The notes under the pieces are model-generated. The model ran no database searches. It was not told the DNA's origin and saw only the letters and a list, made by a program, of their open reading frames with translations. A program made the position numbers and the translations under genes. Positions 13,047 through 27,048 of a stretch of DNA of 64,000 nt are shown here, one piece after another (position 1 is the stretch's first letter; each line of letters begins with the position of its first letter). The DNA comes from Hemiscyllium ocellatum (lineage: Eukaryota): the NCBI RefSeq assembly GCF_020745735.1, contig NC_083413.1, forward strand, positions 40,920,001 through 40,984,000, read 5' to 3'.

Positions 13047-14789
13047 TAATTAATTTACGGTCACTATTTCCAAAATCCTCCCCTACTTATACACCTTCCC
13101 TCTGCGTAGCCTTAATTCTGAATAGGAGGTCCAGAACTGCCTCCTCTTTCATTTGGTCTTCTATGTAGTGACAAAAAGCATTCTTCTGAATGCAATTTAA
13201 GAAGTATTTTTCCCTCCCTACCTTACACATTTGGATAGTTAATGTACACTATTTTAACTGCCATGTTATTCTGACACTTGTCTGAAATTTGATACATATT
13301 TGATCTCTACCACTCCCTAACTGTTTGGGAGCCTACAGTACACAACCAACAGCATGTTTCCCCCTCTTGTGTTTTTACTTCTATCCACGTGGCTTCCCAG
13401 ATGTCCTCCCTTCTTTCTGCTACAATTGATTCCGTGATCAATTTTGTGATATCTCCTCCCCTCCTATCCCTCCCACCTCTTTGCTGAATAGCTTATAACG
13501 AGATATGTTGAGCTGTCAATACTGCCCATCTTTCAGCCAAGCCTGTCATAGCTATGATATCATATTCCCATGTACCTATCTGTGCCAATAAATTGTCTGT
13601 CTTACTAAAACATATTCCTTTTAAGTTTGTTAAACTTGATTTTTTTAACATAGGCTATAGTTTGTCCACACTTCCAAGCATTTTAATTTTGAATTCTATC
13701 TCAGCTTCTTGCTCCTCTGAACTACTTGTTAGGATTCCATTTCATCTCCTTTAAATACACCTCCACATCATTAGCATACCTCCTTGAGAGCATGTTTGCC
13801 TGTTCTTGTTCAGCTGTAACTGTTCTGACTTGTACAAGTCTCACCTACCTCAGAAACAATCCCAATGCCTCAGGAAGCTTACGCTGTCTATCCTGCATAA
13901 TCTCGCCATCCACACATTCAGCTGTTCTATCCTTCTATTCCTATACTCATACTGCACGGCACAGGGAATAATCTAGAGATTACTACCTTTAAAGTTCTAC
14001 TTTTCAATTTTTGACCTAACTTCCTAACTTTTCTTTAATGCTATATCAATGGTCCTCTTGGTCCTTGTGTCCTCCTCTTCCCAATATCATGCAGAATATA
14101 TTTTAAATTTTTCCTACTGCTTGTCCAATTCTTTTTATCGATTTCCAGGGTTTAACCTGAATCCCCATGGCTTTGAGCTTCATCAATACCTTTTTTTTGG
14201 AAGGTGATATTTACCCACTTCAAAGAATATGAAGAAGGTGGCCAATTGTGATTTTCCCTGTTACAGCCTTTATGTCATTAATTACAACATGGACCACAAT
14301 CTCTGGCTGTCATTCTCCCGTTCAGTGTGCCCTGCAGCCACTCTGTGACATCCTTGACGTAGGCACCCAGAAGGCAATATACCATCCTGGAAACACATCT
14401 ACAGTCGAGAAGTAACTATCTACTCACCTCACTAACAAATTTCCTACCACTAATCCCCTTCCACAGTTTTTCCATCCTGCTCTGAGCAGCTAGACCAGCC
14501 AAGGTACCATTGCCTCACCTCCAGAGGGGAACTGTCATTCTCACCACTTTATAATGCTGAAAAATACTTTGCAAGTGAGATGCACTCAGGAGGTTCCCTC
14601 ACTATGTGCCTGATTTTCTTTTGTTGATTTTCATTATTGCTATTCTGCTTTGTTTTGTGTCAAATCAACTCAGACTCATGGAAATCTGTAAATCATTACC
14701 TGTATTGCTATTTTGACATTCCAAGTGTTCTCTGCACTAAATTTCATCAGTCAGTGTTCAAGATATCTTCTAATCAACCTGCCCAGAGA

Positions 14790-14869
14790 TTAAAAATCAC
14801 ACAACACCAGGTTATAGTCCAACAGGTTTAATTGGAAGCACACTAGCTTTCGGAGCGTCGCTCCTTCAT
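14790..14869 (-). mobile_element. Penelope pLTR (family A) fragment with truncated hammerhead
   Basis: Minus strand UGAAGGAGCGACGCUCCGAAAGCUAGUG: perfect stem II, CUGA lost. Confidence 0.7.
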
Positions 14870-15159
14870 ACAAATCATGCTCAGAGATAGTATAACAAAC
14901 CTCTGAAGGAAATGGATCTTGAATCCAGGCCTCCTGGCTCAGAGGTAGATATCTTACTGCTATGTCACAATTTTGCCAGTGATCTATCATTTACAGATTT
15001 TATACAATTCATTCTACAATTTATTAGTCTTTTTTTCAATTCAACTCCATCTCCAAAATTGGAAAGAAAATACACACCTGACCACACTCCGATGAGTGTA
15101 TGTATTCAGGTAATTTATGTAAATAAGAAATAGTAGTGGCCTCTGCACTCAGTCTTGCA

Positions 15160-15493
15160 GCATAGAATCCTTTCAATGTGGAAGGAAGCCATTCAGCCCA
15201 TCAAGCCCACATCTATCCTCTGAAGACCATCACATCCAGACAAACCACATCCCTGTAATTCTGCATTTCCCATGGCAAACCCACCTATCGAGCACATCTC
15301 CAGGCACTATGGACAATTTAGCATCAATCCACTTAACCTGCACACCTTTGGACTGTGGGAGGAAACTGGAGCACCCAAAGGAAACCCACACAGAGGATGT
15401 GCAAACTCCACACAGTCACCTGAGGTTGGAATCAGATTCAGGTTTATGCCAGTGTAAGGCAGCAGTGCTAACCATTGAGCCACTGTGCTGCCC
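15160..15493 (-). mobile_element. HE1 SINE (diverged)
   Basis: Reverse complement of SINE head and core. Confidence 0.8.
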
Positions 15494-16849
15494 TCTGAAA
15501 CAAGCACTGAGAACACTGGAGAAACTCAGCAGGTCTGGCAGCATCTGTAGAGAAAGAAAAACAGAGTTAACATTTCGAGTCTGATGTGACAGTCCCACTC
15601 CTCATGCAAAACTATATTTTCAGTTTTTCTTACCGTTTACCCAATTGTTTTAATCCATTCACAAAGTTTATCCCAAACTTTGACTTTAATTAAGAGCCAA
15701 ATTTATTTGGACAGTGAGGAACACAGCACCAAAGAATATGAGAAAGTTGGTCAGCTCTAATCTCCCCCTGCTTAAGCCTTGTCGATGGTTACTGTCATGC
15801 AAATAATCCAAACTTAACAATTGATTATATTATAAACCGTTCTCTGTCACACTAGTTTCTCATTACTATATCTTTATAACATTAGCTTCCTACGTTTAAT
15901 CTATTTCTATCTATTTTAATCTGTAAAACATAGTGAAAGTAGCAACAAGGCTAGGAGAGATAAACTCTAATGTTCAAACACCAAATGAAATGTCTTTTTA
16001 AAACCATTAAAGATTGCATCTTTCTTGCTTTAGAATACTTCATACGATTGAAAAACTGTTTCATGGGTTTGCCTCTGTAATTCAAGTATATGGCTTCACA
16101 CAGTACAGTGAATATTAGCATCACTAATTATAGATCAATGACACATAATCCCTATTGAGTAGTTTATGTATATTGGCAGATTGTGGAAACAGTATTTTAT
16201 CTGTTGAGAAACTAACCTTTGTAAGTAACTTTGTTTGATCTGGCAAGTTTGCAGTCAAATAGCCCCTTTAAAAAAATCCAACCCACTCTGCTATTAATAG
16301 GTTACTAGCCTTGATGTTCCTGTAAAGTTAAACCCAGAGAGATGTTCAGAGGTTGCAAACCTAAGTCACTGCAGAAATTTTACATGTTTTTGCACCAAGT
16401 TTTCTTTGACCATTTACTATAGCTTATCTGTCCCTCCATGTGAATGCAAATCTACTGAGGATAATAGCTCTGTTCTGAAATTACAGAGTCAGATTTGTAA
16501 ATCTCTGCAATTCCTTAGTGGATCTCTTGAAATTGTGACCAGACTTTCAGTTGCACAGTCAGCCACAGTTCCCTGTTGCAGTCTCAAATCAGCATTTCCA
16601 GAAATCATTGAAGCCTGTCGTGATGCACTTATTGCGAGTAACACTGTTATCATATAGATGCGTGGAACTGTGATGGGAAGATGCCAGGTTGCAGAACAGT
16701 GGACCTGTGGTAGGTCATGTTGACAGTGATATGTTATTTTATTAAGCAATTCCCTCTGGACCCTTCTTCCCCTCCCCTTACCTCTGACTCCATTCCTTCA
16801 TCTCATTCCACTCTTGCCAAGTATTCACTATAACCTCTGACCTTTTGAT

Positions 16850-18060
16850 GAAGAAATAAAGAATTTACAGTTGGATATTGATAGGCTGGGAGAATGGGTT
16901 AGAATCTGGCAGATGGGGCTGAATGTGGATAAGGGCGAGGTTGTCCATTTTGGCTGCAAAAGTAGAAGGACAAATTATTACTTCAAATGGGAAGCAGATA
17001 CAAAATGCATTCATGCAGAGAGATTAGATTACTTACAGTGTGGAAACAGGCCCTTCGGCCCAACAAGTCCACACCGAACCCGCCAAAGCGCAACCCACCC
17101 ATACCCCTACATTTACTCCTTACCTAACACTACGGGCAATTTAGCATGACCAATTCACCTGACCCGCACATCTTTGGACTGTGGGAGGAAACCGGAGCAA
17201 ACCCACGCAGACACGGGGAGAACGTGCAAACTCCACACGTTCTGTCTGTCGCCTGAGTCGGGAATTGAACCCAGGTCTCAGGCGCTGTGAGGCAGCAGTG
17301 CTAACCACTGTGCCACCGTGCCACCCACAATCTGAGATCTGAGTATCTCTGTGCAAGAATCGCAGAAAATGGATATACAGGTGCAGCATATAATAAGAAA
17401 AGCAAATGAAATCTGGTATTTATTGCAAAAGGACTGCATCATAAAAATAAAATATTGTTACAATTATATAACAATACAAGGTGTCGGTGAGATCACATCT
17501 GGATTATTGTGTCCAGTTTTGGTCTCCTTACTTGAGGAAGGATGTGGTGACACTGGAGGGAGTTCAGAGGAGGTTCACCGGGTTAATTTCAGGGATGAAA
17601 GGATTGTTAAATGAGGAAGGTTGAGTAGCTTGGGCTTGTACTTGCTGGAGTCCACAAGAATGAGGGGGGAATCTGACTGAGGTCTATAAAATGCTGAAGG
17701 GGGCTGACAAGGTGGATGTTGAACAGATGTTCCCCTTTGTTGGACAGTTTCGAACAAGAGGTCATAGATATAGAGTGAGAGGAGTAGGTTCAAATCTGAG
17801 ATGAGGAGAAACTACTTCTCTCAGAGGGTCGTGATTCCGTGAAACTCAATGACCCAAAGTGCAGTGGAGACAGGTTCAATTAGCAGATTCAAGAAAGAAA
17901 TAGACATGTTTCTGATGAAAAGCAGGATAAAGGGCTATGGGGACCAGTTAGGAAAGTACTGTTGAGACCAGGATAAGATCAGCCATGACCATGTTAAATG
18001 TTGGAATGTGCTGGAAGGGCTGAATTGCCTACTCCTGCTCCAATTCCTATGTTCCTATGT
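16850..18060 (+). mobile_element. CR1 LINE 3' fragment interrupted by HE1
   Basis: DIDRLGEWVRIWQMGLNVDKGEVVHFG; tail ttcctatgttcctatg. Confidence 0.85.
17021..17326 (-). mobile_element. HE1 SINE
   Basis: Full-length reverse-complement copy. Confidence 0.9.
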
Positions 18061-18084
18061 CCCCCTCTCTGATACCAAACGATG

Positions 18085-18865
18085 TATGCTCAGCAAAGGA
18101 CATACCCCCCTCAATGAATTTCAGGTACAATATGATACTGAACTCTTCTGTTGTTTTTGCCTCTATGCCCATGAGCTTGGACAGGAATCATCTCCCAACC
18201 ACAAAGACACTTTCACCCATCTCTGGTGAACCCCTCCACCTGGACCCCTTCATTTGGCCCTTTGCGAGCACTTCATTTCTTCATTGAGAACTGCTGGCTT
18301 ACCATTGACTACCTTAATTTCTGTGATCCCCTCACCCACACTAGCCTGTCCCCTGTGAACTTGCTGAACTCCATTCCCTTGAGGCTTGTTATCAAACCTA
18401 TCAATAAGGGTTGTGTGGTTGTCATCTGGAATGCTAACCGTTACCTAGCAGAGGTTGAGTGCCAACTTTCAGGCACTTCATCCTATCTCTCCCCGGATCA
18501 TGACCCTACATTGATTATTGAATATTAGGTTGTAGTCTCAAGGACTATTAGTGACCTTATCTTGTTTAGAGATCTCTTCTCCACAGCTCCTATCTCATAG
18601 TCCCTCAGCCTCATACAACTCACTTCTACCATCTCAAAATCTACAATCACGACTCTCCAGGCAGATCCGTCATTTCAGCCTGTTCTTGCCCCATTGAGCT
18701 TATTTCTTCTATTTTTACCCTTCCTTGTTTGGTGTTTTTCAACTTTCATTCATGATTCCTCTGACGTTTCATGTTGGTTCTATAGTGATGATCCTAGCCC
18801 TCTCTTCTTCACCATGGGTATTAAAGGCCTCAACTAATACATTCCCCATCAGGATAGTCTGACAA
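18085..18865 (+). mobile_element. Degraded Penelope-like RT fragment
   Basis: VIKPINKGCVVVIW (cf. IKPADKG.AVVVW) followed by a FY..KI...PGR..IS remnant. Confidence 0.7.
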
Positions 18866-19843
18866 GGAAGAAGTGGTCAGCCTGATAACTTATATAATGG
18901 TATTAACTAGATTCTACAACACCTCAAAATCAGACTAGGGACAGGTCATAATCCATCAAATTTTGTAATCTAAGAGGGCCTTCAAAGCAGTAACCTAAGC
19001 TTTCTTCAAGGTAAAATGCTGGCAGTTTTCTCACTGCCTCCTATCAGAGGAACTATTCATTCCCTGCATTGAATGTCAGAGTTCTAATATTCATCATTGA
19101 CAATGTGAATTGTAGCAGAATTGGAGACCATTCCTACAAAAATCTATAATCAAGCTCTTTCATGATCCAAAGGCAGAGTCTCTACTTAAGGCTTTCAACC
19201 ATCACATTATCCTCCACCTCTTAAACTGTCCATGACATCTTTTACTACAGTCCCTTGGAGAAATATAATATTTTCCAACTGCTCAGAATTTCCTCTCTTC
19301 TTAAATATGGATCTTAGTGCTGGAGCTTTCAGTTGATAATCACTTATCCAGTGGAATGTGTCTGCACTGATACTGAAAAGAGAAAAGGCAAACAACTCTG
19401 ATTCTGTTTGGTCAAAGCCTGAAGCTGGAGAAGGAAGTTTTTCACCAGGAAAGACTTGAGTAGCAATGGCAGCAGCTTTCCCACTGAGTCTTCATCTGAA
19501 CACTCAATGTGGTCAAGCTGGCAAGGAAGCCAGTTATATTCATCATCTTATTACTTCATGGGATGTGAACATCACTGTCAAGGCCAGTATTTATGGCCAT
19601 GCTGATTGCATGGGCAGCAGAGTCTTTGTGTTGTCAGCATACCCACAGTACCGAAGTTCTCAAACCTTGTCCCAGATACAATGAAGGTAAAGTGGCATAT
19701 TTCCTGGTCAGGGTGGTGTGTGACTTGAAAGAAAAATGTTAGATGGCGATGTTCTGACATGCGCCTGTTATTTGTCATAGTGGGTCACAGGTAGAGGTTT
19801 TGGTGAAAGGGACTTAGCAAGATGCAGTATACAGTACACTGTT

Positions 19844-19962
19844 GATGTGGAGGAGTCAGTGTTGGACTGGGGCGGACAAAGTAAAAATCAACAAGACTAG
19901 GATATAGTCCAATAGGCTTATTTGGAAGCACTAGCTTTTGGAATGCTGCTCCTTCATCAGAT
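19844..19962 (-). mobile_element. Penelope pLTR (family A) with decayed hammerhead
   Basis: Minus strand CUGAUGAAGGAGCAGCAUUCCAAAAGCUAGUG. Confidence 0.7.
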
Positions 19963-20124
19963 AGCTCATCGGGTTTACTGTTGATGGTGGAGTGACTGAC
20001 TGTTGCAGGCGGTTAACAGATGTGGGTGAATGCTGTTTCCAGGAAGAATGCTGAGCCCAGTTTTGAATCCAGCAAGTGTGGACTTGGAAGGCCCATTTGG
20101 TCCTGAAGGCTGCAAGAAGAGATA

Positions 20125-21306
20125 GATCTATATGGACTTCAGTAAGGCGTTCGACAAGGTTCCCCACGGGAGACTGATTAGCAAAGTTAGATCTCATGGA
20201 ATACAGGGAGAACTAGCCATTTGGATACAGAACTGGCTCAAAGGGAGAAGACAGAGGGTGGTGGTGGAGGGTTGTTTTTCAGACTGGAGACCTATGACCA
20301 GTGGAGGCCACAAGGATCGGTGCAGGGCCCTCTACTTTTTGTCATTCACATAAATGATTTGGATGCAAGCATAAGAGGTACAGTTAGTATGTTTACAGAT
20401 GACACCAAAATTGGAAGTGTAGTGGACAGCGAAGAGGGTTACCTCAGATTACAACAGGATCTGGACCAGATAGGCCAATGGGCTGAGAAGTGGCAGATGG
20501 AGTTTAATTCAGATAAATGTGAGGTGCTGCATTTTGGGAAAGCAAATCTTAGCAGGATTTATACATTTAATGGTAAGGTCCTAGGGAGTGTTGCTGAACA
20601 AAGAGACCTTGGAGTGCAGGTTCATAGCTCTTTGAAAGTGGAGTCGCAGGTAGATTATAGTGAAAAAGACGTTTGGTATGCTTTCCTTTATTGGTCAGAG
20701 TATTGAGTACAGGTGTTGGGAGGTCATGTTGCGGCTGTACAGGACATTGGTTAGGCCACTGTTGGAATATTGCATGCAATTCTGGTCTCCTTCCTATCGG
20801 AAAGATGTTGTGAAACTTAAAAGGGTTCAGAAAAGATTTACAAGGATGTTGGCAGGGTTGGAGGATCTGAGCTACAGAAAGAGGCTGAACAGGCTGGGGC
20901 TGTTTTCCCTGGAATGTCGGAGTCTGAGGGGTGACCTTCTAGAGGTTTAAAAAATTCTGAGGGGCATAGATAGGATAAATAGACAAAGTCTTTTCCCTGG
21001 GGTCGGGGAGTCCAGAACTAGAGGGCATAGGTTTAGGGTGAGAGGAGAAAGATATAAAAAAGACCTACGGGGCAACTTTTTCATGCAGAGGATGGTACGT
21101 GTATGGAATGAGCTGCCAGAGGATGTGGTGGAGGCTGGTACAATTGCAACAGTTAAGAGGCATTTGGATGGGTATATGAATAGGAAGGGTTTGGTGGGAT
21201 ATGGGCCGGGTGCTGGCAGGTGGGACTCGATTGGGTTGGGAAATCTGGTCGGCATGGATGGGTTGGACCGAAGGGTCTGTTTCCATGCTGTACATCACTA
21301 TGACTC
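20125..21306 (+). mobile_element. 5'-truncated HER1/CR1 LINE (frameshifted RT)
   Basis: MDFSKAFDKVPH, PQGSVQGPLLF, FTDDTK, LYRTLVRPLLEYC, RVWNELP across several frames; 3' tail resembles the HE1 tail. Confidence 0.92.
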
Positions 21307-21495
21307 TAAGTCTATTTCTGTGTCCATTGCTGGCTAATAGACCAAGAGATATTTCAAACAATTTATATATTTCAGATTTATAGCACCTGCCATATTTTTG
21401 ATATATCTCAATCAATGTTTAAAATACAGTTAAAAACAGAGAGACCTAAAAGAACTAAACTGATTTATTTACATTAAGAAAAAAACTTTCAGTTA

Positions 21496-21799
21496 GGGAT
21501 ACGGTGGCTCAGTGGTCAACACTGCTGCCTCACAGCACCAGGGTCCCAGGTTTGATTCCAGCCTTGGGCGACTGTCTGTGTGGAGTTTGCACATTTTCCC
21601 CATGTCTGTGTAGGTTTCCTCCGGATGCTCTGGTTCCCTCCCACAATCTGAAGATGTGCAGGTCAAGTGAATTGGCCATGCGAAATTGCCCACAGTGTTA
21701 GGTGCATTATTTAGAGTGAAATGGGTTCATCTTCAGAGTGTCGGTGTGGACTGGTTGGACCAAAGGGCCTGTTTCCACACTGTAGAGAATCTAATCTAA
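21496..21799 (+). mobile_element. HE1 SINE just upstream of the POLR2H promoter
   Basis: Head, core and aatctaatct tail. Confidence 0.88.
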
Positions 21800-21839
21800 A
21801 CACTACACTGTATTGTGAAACACAAAAATAATGCCTTGA

Positions 21840-22109
<270 letters not shown>

Positions 22110-23404
22110 TGAACTGTGCTGCGTGAGAATGGGCTCAGGGAGCTCAGCTCTAACACGGGGGAGGGAACAGAGCACAGCCATCCAGCCTTGGTCGTCCACT
22201 TTTAACTCAAACTCTTCACAATCTTCCAGTGCATCGTGTAATACACAGTATCTAGTTCATCGCTTTGACCAGTTCCTGTAATGTTGTACATGTGTTTTCC
22301 TGAAGTTTGTAAAAGCCCCAGTTCGCACCGAACAAACCCTATTGCTGCTTCCACGGCAGTAGGCAATAATTTAGATCACGTTTACAGGCCCTCTTCCTAG
22401 CTTTTTCATTTAAATGTTTATTTTTTTTTTAAAAAGCCGTATCCTATTTTTCCAGTCAACCTGTTCAAAGATTTTGTTACACATACACTTGTTCGTAATT
22501 GTACATTCAGTACTCAGTCTACCCACGGGTATTCCCCCCCCCCCCCCCACTTCCTTAGCCACGAATACTGGATGTGAATTCCCACAGCTTCGTAACAATT
22601 CAAAAATCTCCTGTCGTCTTTTGCATTTGGGATTCCAACATTCCTCCAAAGAGTGACCTTAATAATTAGGTTTAATTTTACTTAATTCATCTTCTGCCAT
22701 AGAAAACAGGCACAAGCACGCTTTCATTAAAGTAGTTGAAACAGCTTATATATATCTGTATCATTCTTCAATAATTTTAAATTAACATTATGTTGCCTCA
22801 AATTTGTGTTCTTTCAAGTCTGTATCCAATTTTTAAATCTATCTCTGTTTCCTCATAGGCATTAATGTCTTATTATAGTTTGTATATAATAGTCATCAGC
22901 ACCTATTGTTTTATTCATAATATATCTTTTATGGTAAAACCTGAATTTTCATTAACTTTTGTTTTTTTAACCAATATACTGGTTTTAATTGGCTATAAAT
23001 CCATATCCTTAAATATTTCTGCTCTTCCTCCACAACAAAACTACTTCTGTTCTGAATTTAGTAACTTTTTAAACTTAAGGGCATCACCTCACACCTTGTA
23101 AACATTTGCCTCAATTTATCTGCTGTTAAAACTCTCATTCATAACTTTATTACTGCAGAATTTGATTACTTAGAAGGCTTCCTGGTTGACTTCCCATATT
23201 CTGTAAACTTGAAGTCATTTCTGTTGCTCATGTTCTAACTTGCACAAAATCCTTTTCTTCACATCACCCCTGTCCTCACTTACCTATGTTGTTTGCTGTT
23301 TCAGCAATGCCTTGATTTTAAAATTCACATCCTTATTTTCCAATCCTTCCATTGGCCTACCCCTCCTGAACATTTTAATTCCATCCTACGTCCTTTTAAC
23401 ACGT

Positions 23405-23720
23405 CTGGGTGGGGGAATCCATAATTCGAGGGCATAGGTTTAGGGTAAGATGGGAAAGGTTTAAAAGGGACCTAATGGGCAACTTTTTCACAAGAAGAGT
23501 GGTGCATGTATGGAATGAACTGTCAAAGGAAGTGCTGAAGGCTGGCACAATTATAACATTTACAGTTACAACATCTGATTGGGTAAATGAATAGGAAGGG
23601 TTTAGAGGAATATTGGCCAACTGCTGGCAACTGGGACAAGATTAATTTAGGATATCTGGTTGTTATGGACAAGATGGACTGAAGAGTCTTGTTTCCATGC
23701 TGTACACCTCTGTGACTGTT
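23405..23720 (+). mobile_element. CR1 3' end
   Basis: RGHRFRVRWERFKRDLMGNFFTRRVVHVWNELS. Confidence 0.85.
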
Positions 23721-24247
23721 ATACCTGGATTTGTTTATCTCTGGCCTCTTGAGCTTCTTCGACTTTTTTTGTTGTTGCAAATTATGTTACATAGTCTCTG
23801 ACTCTGTTCTGGAGTTCTCTTACTAAACCTCTCTCTAACTTCTACCTCCCATTTATCCCTTAAGATGTTTCCAAAACATAACTCTGAGCAACCTTTTGAT
23901 TGTCCAAATTACTGTTTCCTATATGAACAATGTTATCTAAATATAAGTTGTTGAATTCCACCTGCCAATTTTTAGTGCATTCCCCAATTTAACAACATCC
24001 TGCAAAATGCTGTTGCCGAAACCTGGCATTTTCTGCTTGAATTAATTTGGTGCACTTTGGGTTGCCTTGTATTTTATGTATTTTTAATGAGAAGGATGTA
24101 CTATAGTGCAAAAAAACATGAACTAATAAATGTTCAATCATAACAAAAATATTACTCTGACAAAAAGATAGTGTTTGATTGTGCAGCAGATAGTTCAGAT
24201 AAACTGATGACTAAAAGTAATATTTAGATACCTTTGGCAAATAATAG

Positions 24248-24367
<120 letters not shown>

Positions 24368-25180
24368 TAACACATTTTTGTGGTACTGTGCTTAAAAATT
24401 CCAGTTCAGTTCCAATCCAGCTCAAGCAACATTGCTATTATGGAAGAATTGAAAGGTCTTTCCATTTGACACCTGCAGTGCTGCAAAAGTGGCAATTTCT
24501 CCTAGTATACTAAAAGTGGCAGGGTTGGACAACTTTCAGTTGTACCCCAAGGTCTTATTACTTCTGGATACCAGGCTGTCATTACCAGTAGAATTTTTAA
24601 AGTTACAAAAGATTAGAAACACATATTTGTAGTAATTATAGCTATTGTGAAGACTATCTTATTTGAGATTATATTGGTGTTCACACATCCAGTGCAATTT
24701 GCTGAGCTGGTATCCGATTTGATAAAATCCAAACTGGTTCCTCCAAAATTGCTTTTTGATAATTGTGTCCTTCAGTTTCATGAATTGGGCTCAGTGGTAT
24801 AAGTTATCACTAAGAGTTGCGTGCTGGAATGTAGTGAAGATTTATCATATGAAATTTGTTTTTCATTACATTGGTCTTATGAAAATGTTTAGGTTTTTCA
24901 GGAGTTGAAAATCTTCGGTGTATTGATGTAAGGACATTTAGAAATGCTTTGCTTGGTTGTGTTTTGGTTTCATAACATTTATAGTGTTCCTCAGATGTAA
25001 AAAAAAAGTTTGTACTTTTTTGATGTACATACAAGTCTTACATAGATTTTAAGTAGAGAATATTAGTAAACTCATTTATAGAGTTAGGAGAAAGTGAGGA
25101 CTGCAGATGCTGGAGATCAAAGCTGAAAAATGTGTTGCTGGAAAAGCGCAGCAGGTCAGGCAGATTCCAAGGAACAGGAG

Positions 25181-25216
25181 AATCGACGTTTCAGGCGTGA
25201 GCCCTTCTTCAGGAAT
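25181..25216 (-). ncRNA. Minimal hammerhead ribozyme motif (pLTR family B)
   Basis: AUUC CUGAAGA A GGGC UCAC GCCU GAAACGUC GAUU. Confidence 0.6.
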
Positions 25217-26104
25217 GAGGAGGGTGTGCCAAGCAGGCTGAGATAAAAAGTAGGGAGGAGAGACTTGGGGGAGGGGCGTTGGGAATACGATCGGTGGAAG
25301 GAGATTAAGGTGAGGGTAATAGGCCAGAGAGGGGGTGAGGGCGGAGAGGTCGGAAGAAGATTGCAGGTCAAGAAGGCGGTGCTGAGTCCGAGGGTTGGGA
25401 CTGAGATAAGGTGGGGGGAGGGGAAATGAGGAAACTGGAGAAATCTACATTCATCCCTTGTGCTTGGAGGCTTCCTAGGCGGACGATGAGGCACTCTTCC
25501 TCCAGGCGTCGTGTTGCCATGGTCTAGTGATGGAGGAAGCTAAGGACCTGCATGTGGGGTACTATCCTGGTGGCGATTGGAGAATCCCCACTAGTCCTCA
25601 CCTACCACCCCACCAACCTCCAGATACATCGTATCATCCTTCGTAATTTCCACCAGCTCCAAATGGACCCCACCACCAGGGATATATTTTCCTCCCCTCC
25701 CCTATCAGCATTCCGGAAAGACCACTCCCTCCACGACTCCCTTGTCAGGTCCACACCCCCCACCAACCCAACCTCCACTCCCAGCACCATCTCCTGCAAC
25801 CGCAAGAAGTGCAAAACTTGTGCCCACACCTCCCCCCTCACTTCCCTCCAAGGCCCCAAGGAATCCTTCCATATCCATCACAAATTCACCTGCACCCGAC
25901 GTGGCCTCCTCTACACTGGGGAGACAGGCCGCCTACTTGCGGAACATTTCAGAGAACACCTCTGGGACACCCGCGCCAACCAACCCAACCGCCCCGTGGC
26001 AGAACATTTAGCTCCCCCTCCCACTCTGCCAAGGACATGCAGTCCTTGGCCTCCTCCATCGCCAGACCACGGCAACACGACGCCTGGAGGAAGAGCGCCC
26101 CGTC

Positions 26105-26407
26105 GGGGCGGCACGGTGGCACAGTGGTTAGCACTGCTGCCTCACAGCGCCAGGGACCTGGGTTCAATTCCCGCCTCAGGCGACTGACTGTGTGGAGTTT
26201 GCACGTTCTCCCCGTGTCTGCGTGGGTTTCCTCCGGGTGCTCCAGTTTCCTCCCACAGTCCAAAGATGTGCGGGTCAGGTCAATTGGCCATGCTAAGTTG
26301 CCCCTAGTGTTAGGTAAGGGGTATGGGTGGGTTGCGCTTCGGCGGGTCGGTGTGGACTTGTTGGGCCGAAGGGCCTGTTTCCACACTGTAAGTAATCTAA
26401 TCTAATC
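26105..26407 (+). mobile_element. HE1 SINE inserted in the Penelope GIY-YIG region
   Basis: Full-length, little-diverged copy with (TAATC)n tail. Confidence 0.92.
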
Positions 26408-26676
26408 TTCCGCCTAGGAGCCCTCCAATCACAAGGGATGAACCTAGATTTCTACAGCTTCCTCATTTCCCCTCCCCTACCTTATCTCAGTCCCAATCCT
26501 TGGACTCAGCACCGCCTTCTTGACCTGCAATCTTCTTCCCGACCTCTCCGACCCCCACCCCCTCTCCGGCCTATCACCCTCACCTTAACCTCCTCCCACC
26601 TATTGCATTCCCAACGCCCCTCCCCCAAGTCCCTCCTCCTTACCTTTTATCTTAGCCTGCTTGGCACACCTTCCTC

Positions 26677-26712
26677 ATTCCTGAAGAAGGACTTATGCCC
26701 GAAACGTCGATT
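26677..26712 (+). ncRNA. Minimal hammerhead ribozyme motif (family B), one stem II mismatch
   Basis: AUUC CUGAAGA A GGAC UUAU GCCC GAAACGUC GAUU. Confidence 0.55.
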
Positions 26713-26877
26713 CTCCTGCTCCTTGGATGCTGCCTGACCTGCTGCGCTTTTCCAGCAACACATTTTTCAGCTCATTTATACAGTTACTCTATTCTTGAAA
26801 GGAAGTAAAATAGACTGTTGACAAAGAAAATATGTTTGAATTTATTCAAGTTTTGGATTGTATGTAGAATAATCTAA

Positions 26878-27048
<171 letters not shown>

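Larger units (their letters stand above)
10420..14480 (-). mobile_element. Long degraded CR1 LINE interrupted by SINE and pLTR insertions
   Basis: RT motif remnant (cttgcaaacgtctatg = D..KAFD on minus), 3' tail near 10420, ORF1-like sequence near 14300-14400. Confidence 0.65.
25087..26770 (+). mobile_element. 5'-truncated Penelope-like element with inverted 5' pLTR, GIY-YIG remnant and 16-bp TSD
   Basis: CNRKKCKTCAH...LLYTGETGRLLAEHFREH; inverted copy ~25087-25553; TSD ctcatttatagagtta (25071-25086) / ctcatttatacagtta (26771-26786). Confidence 0.9.
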
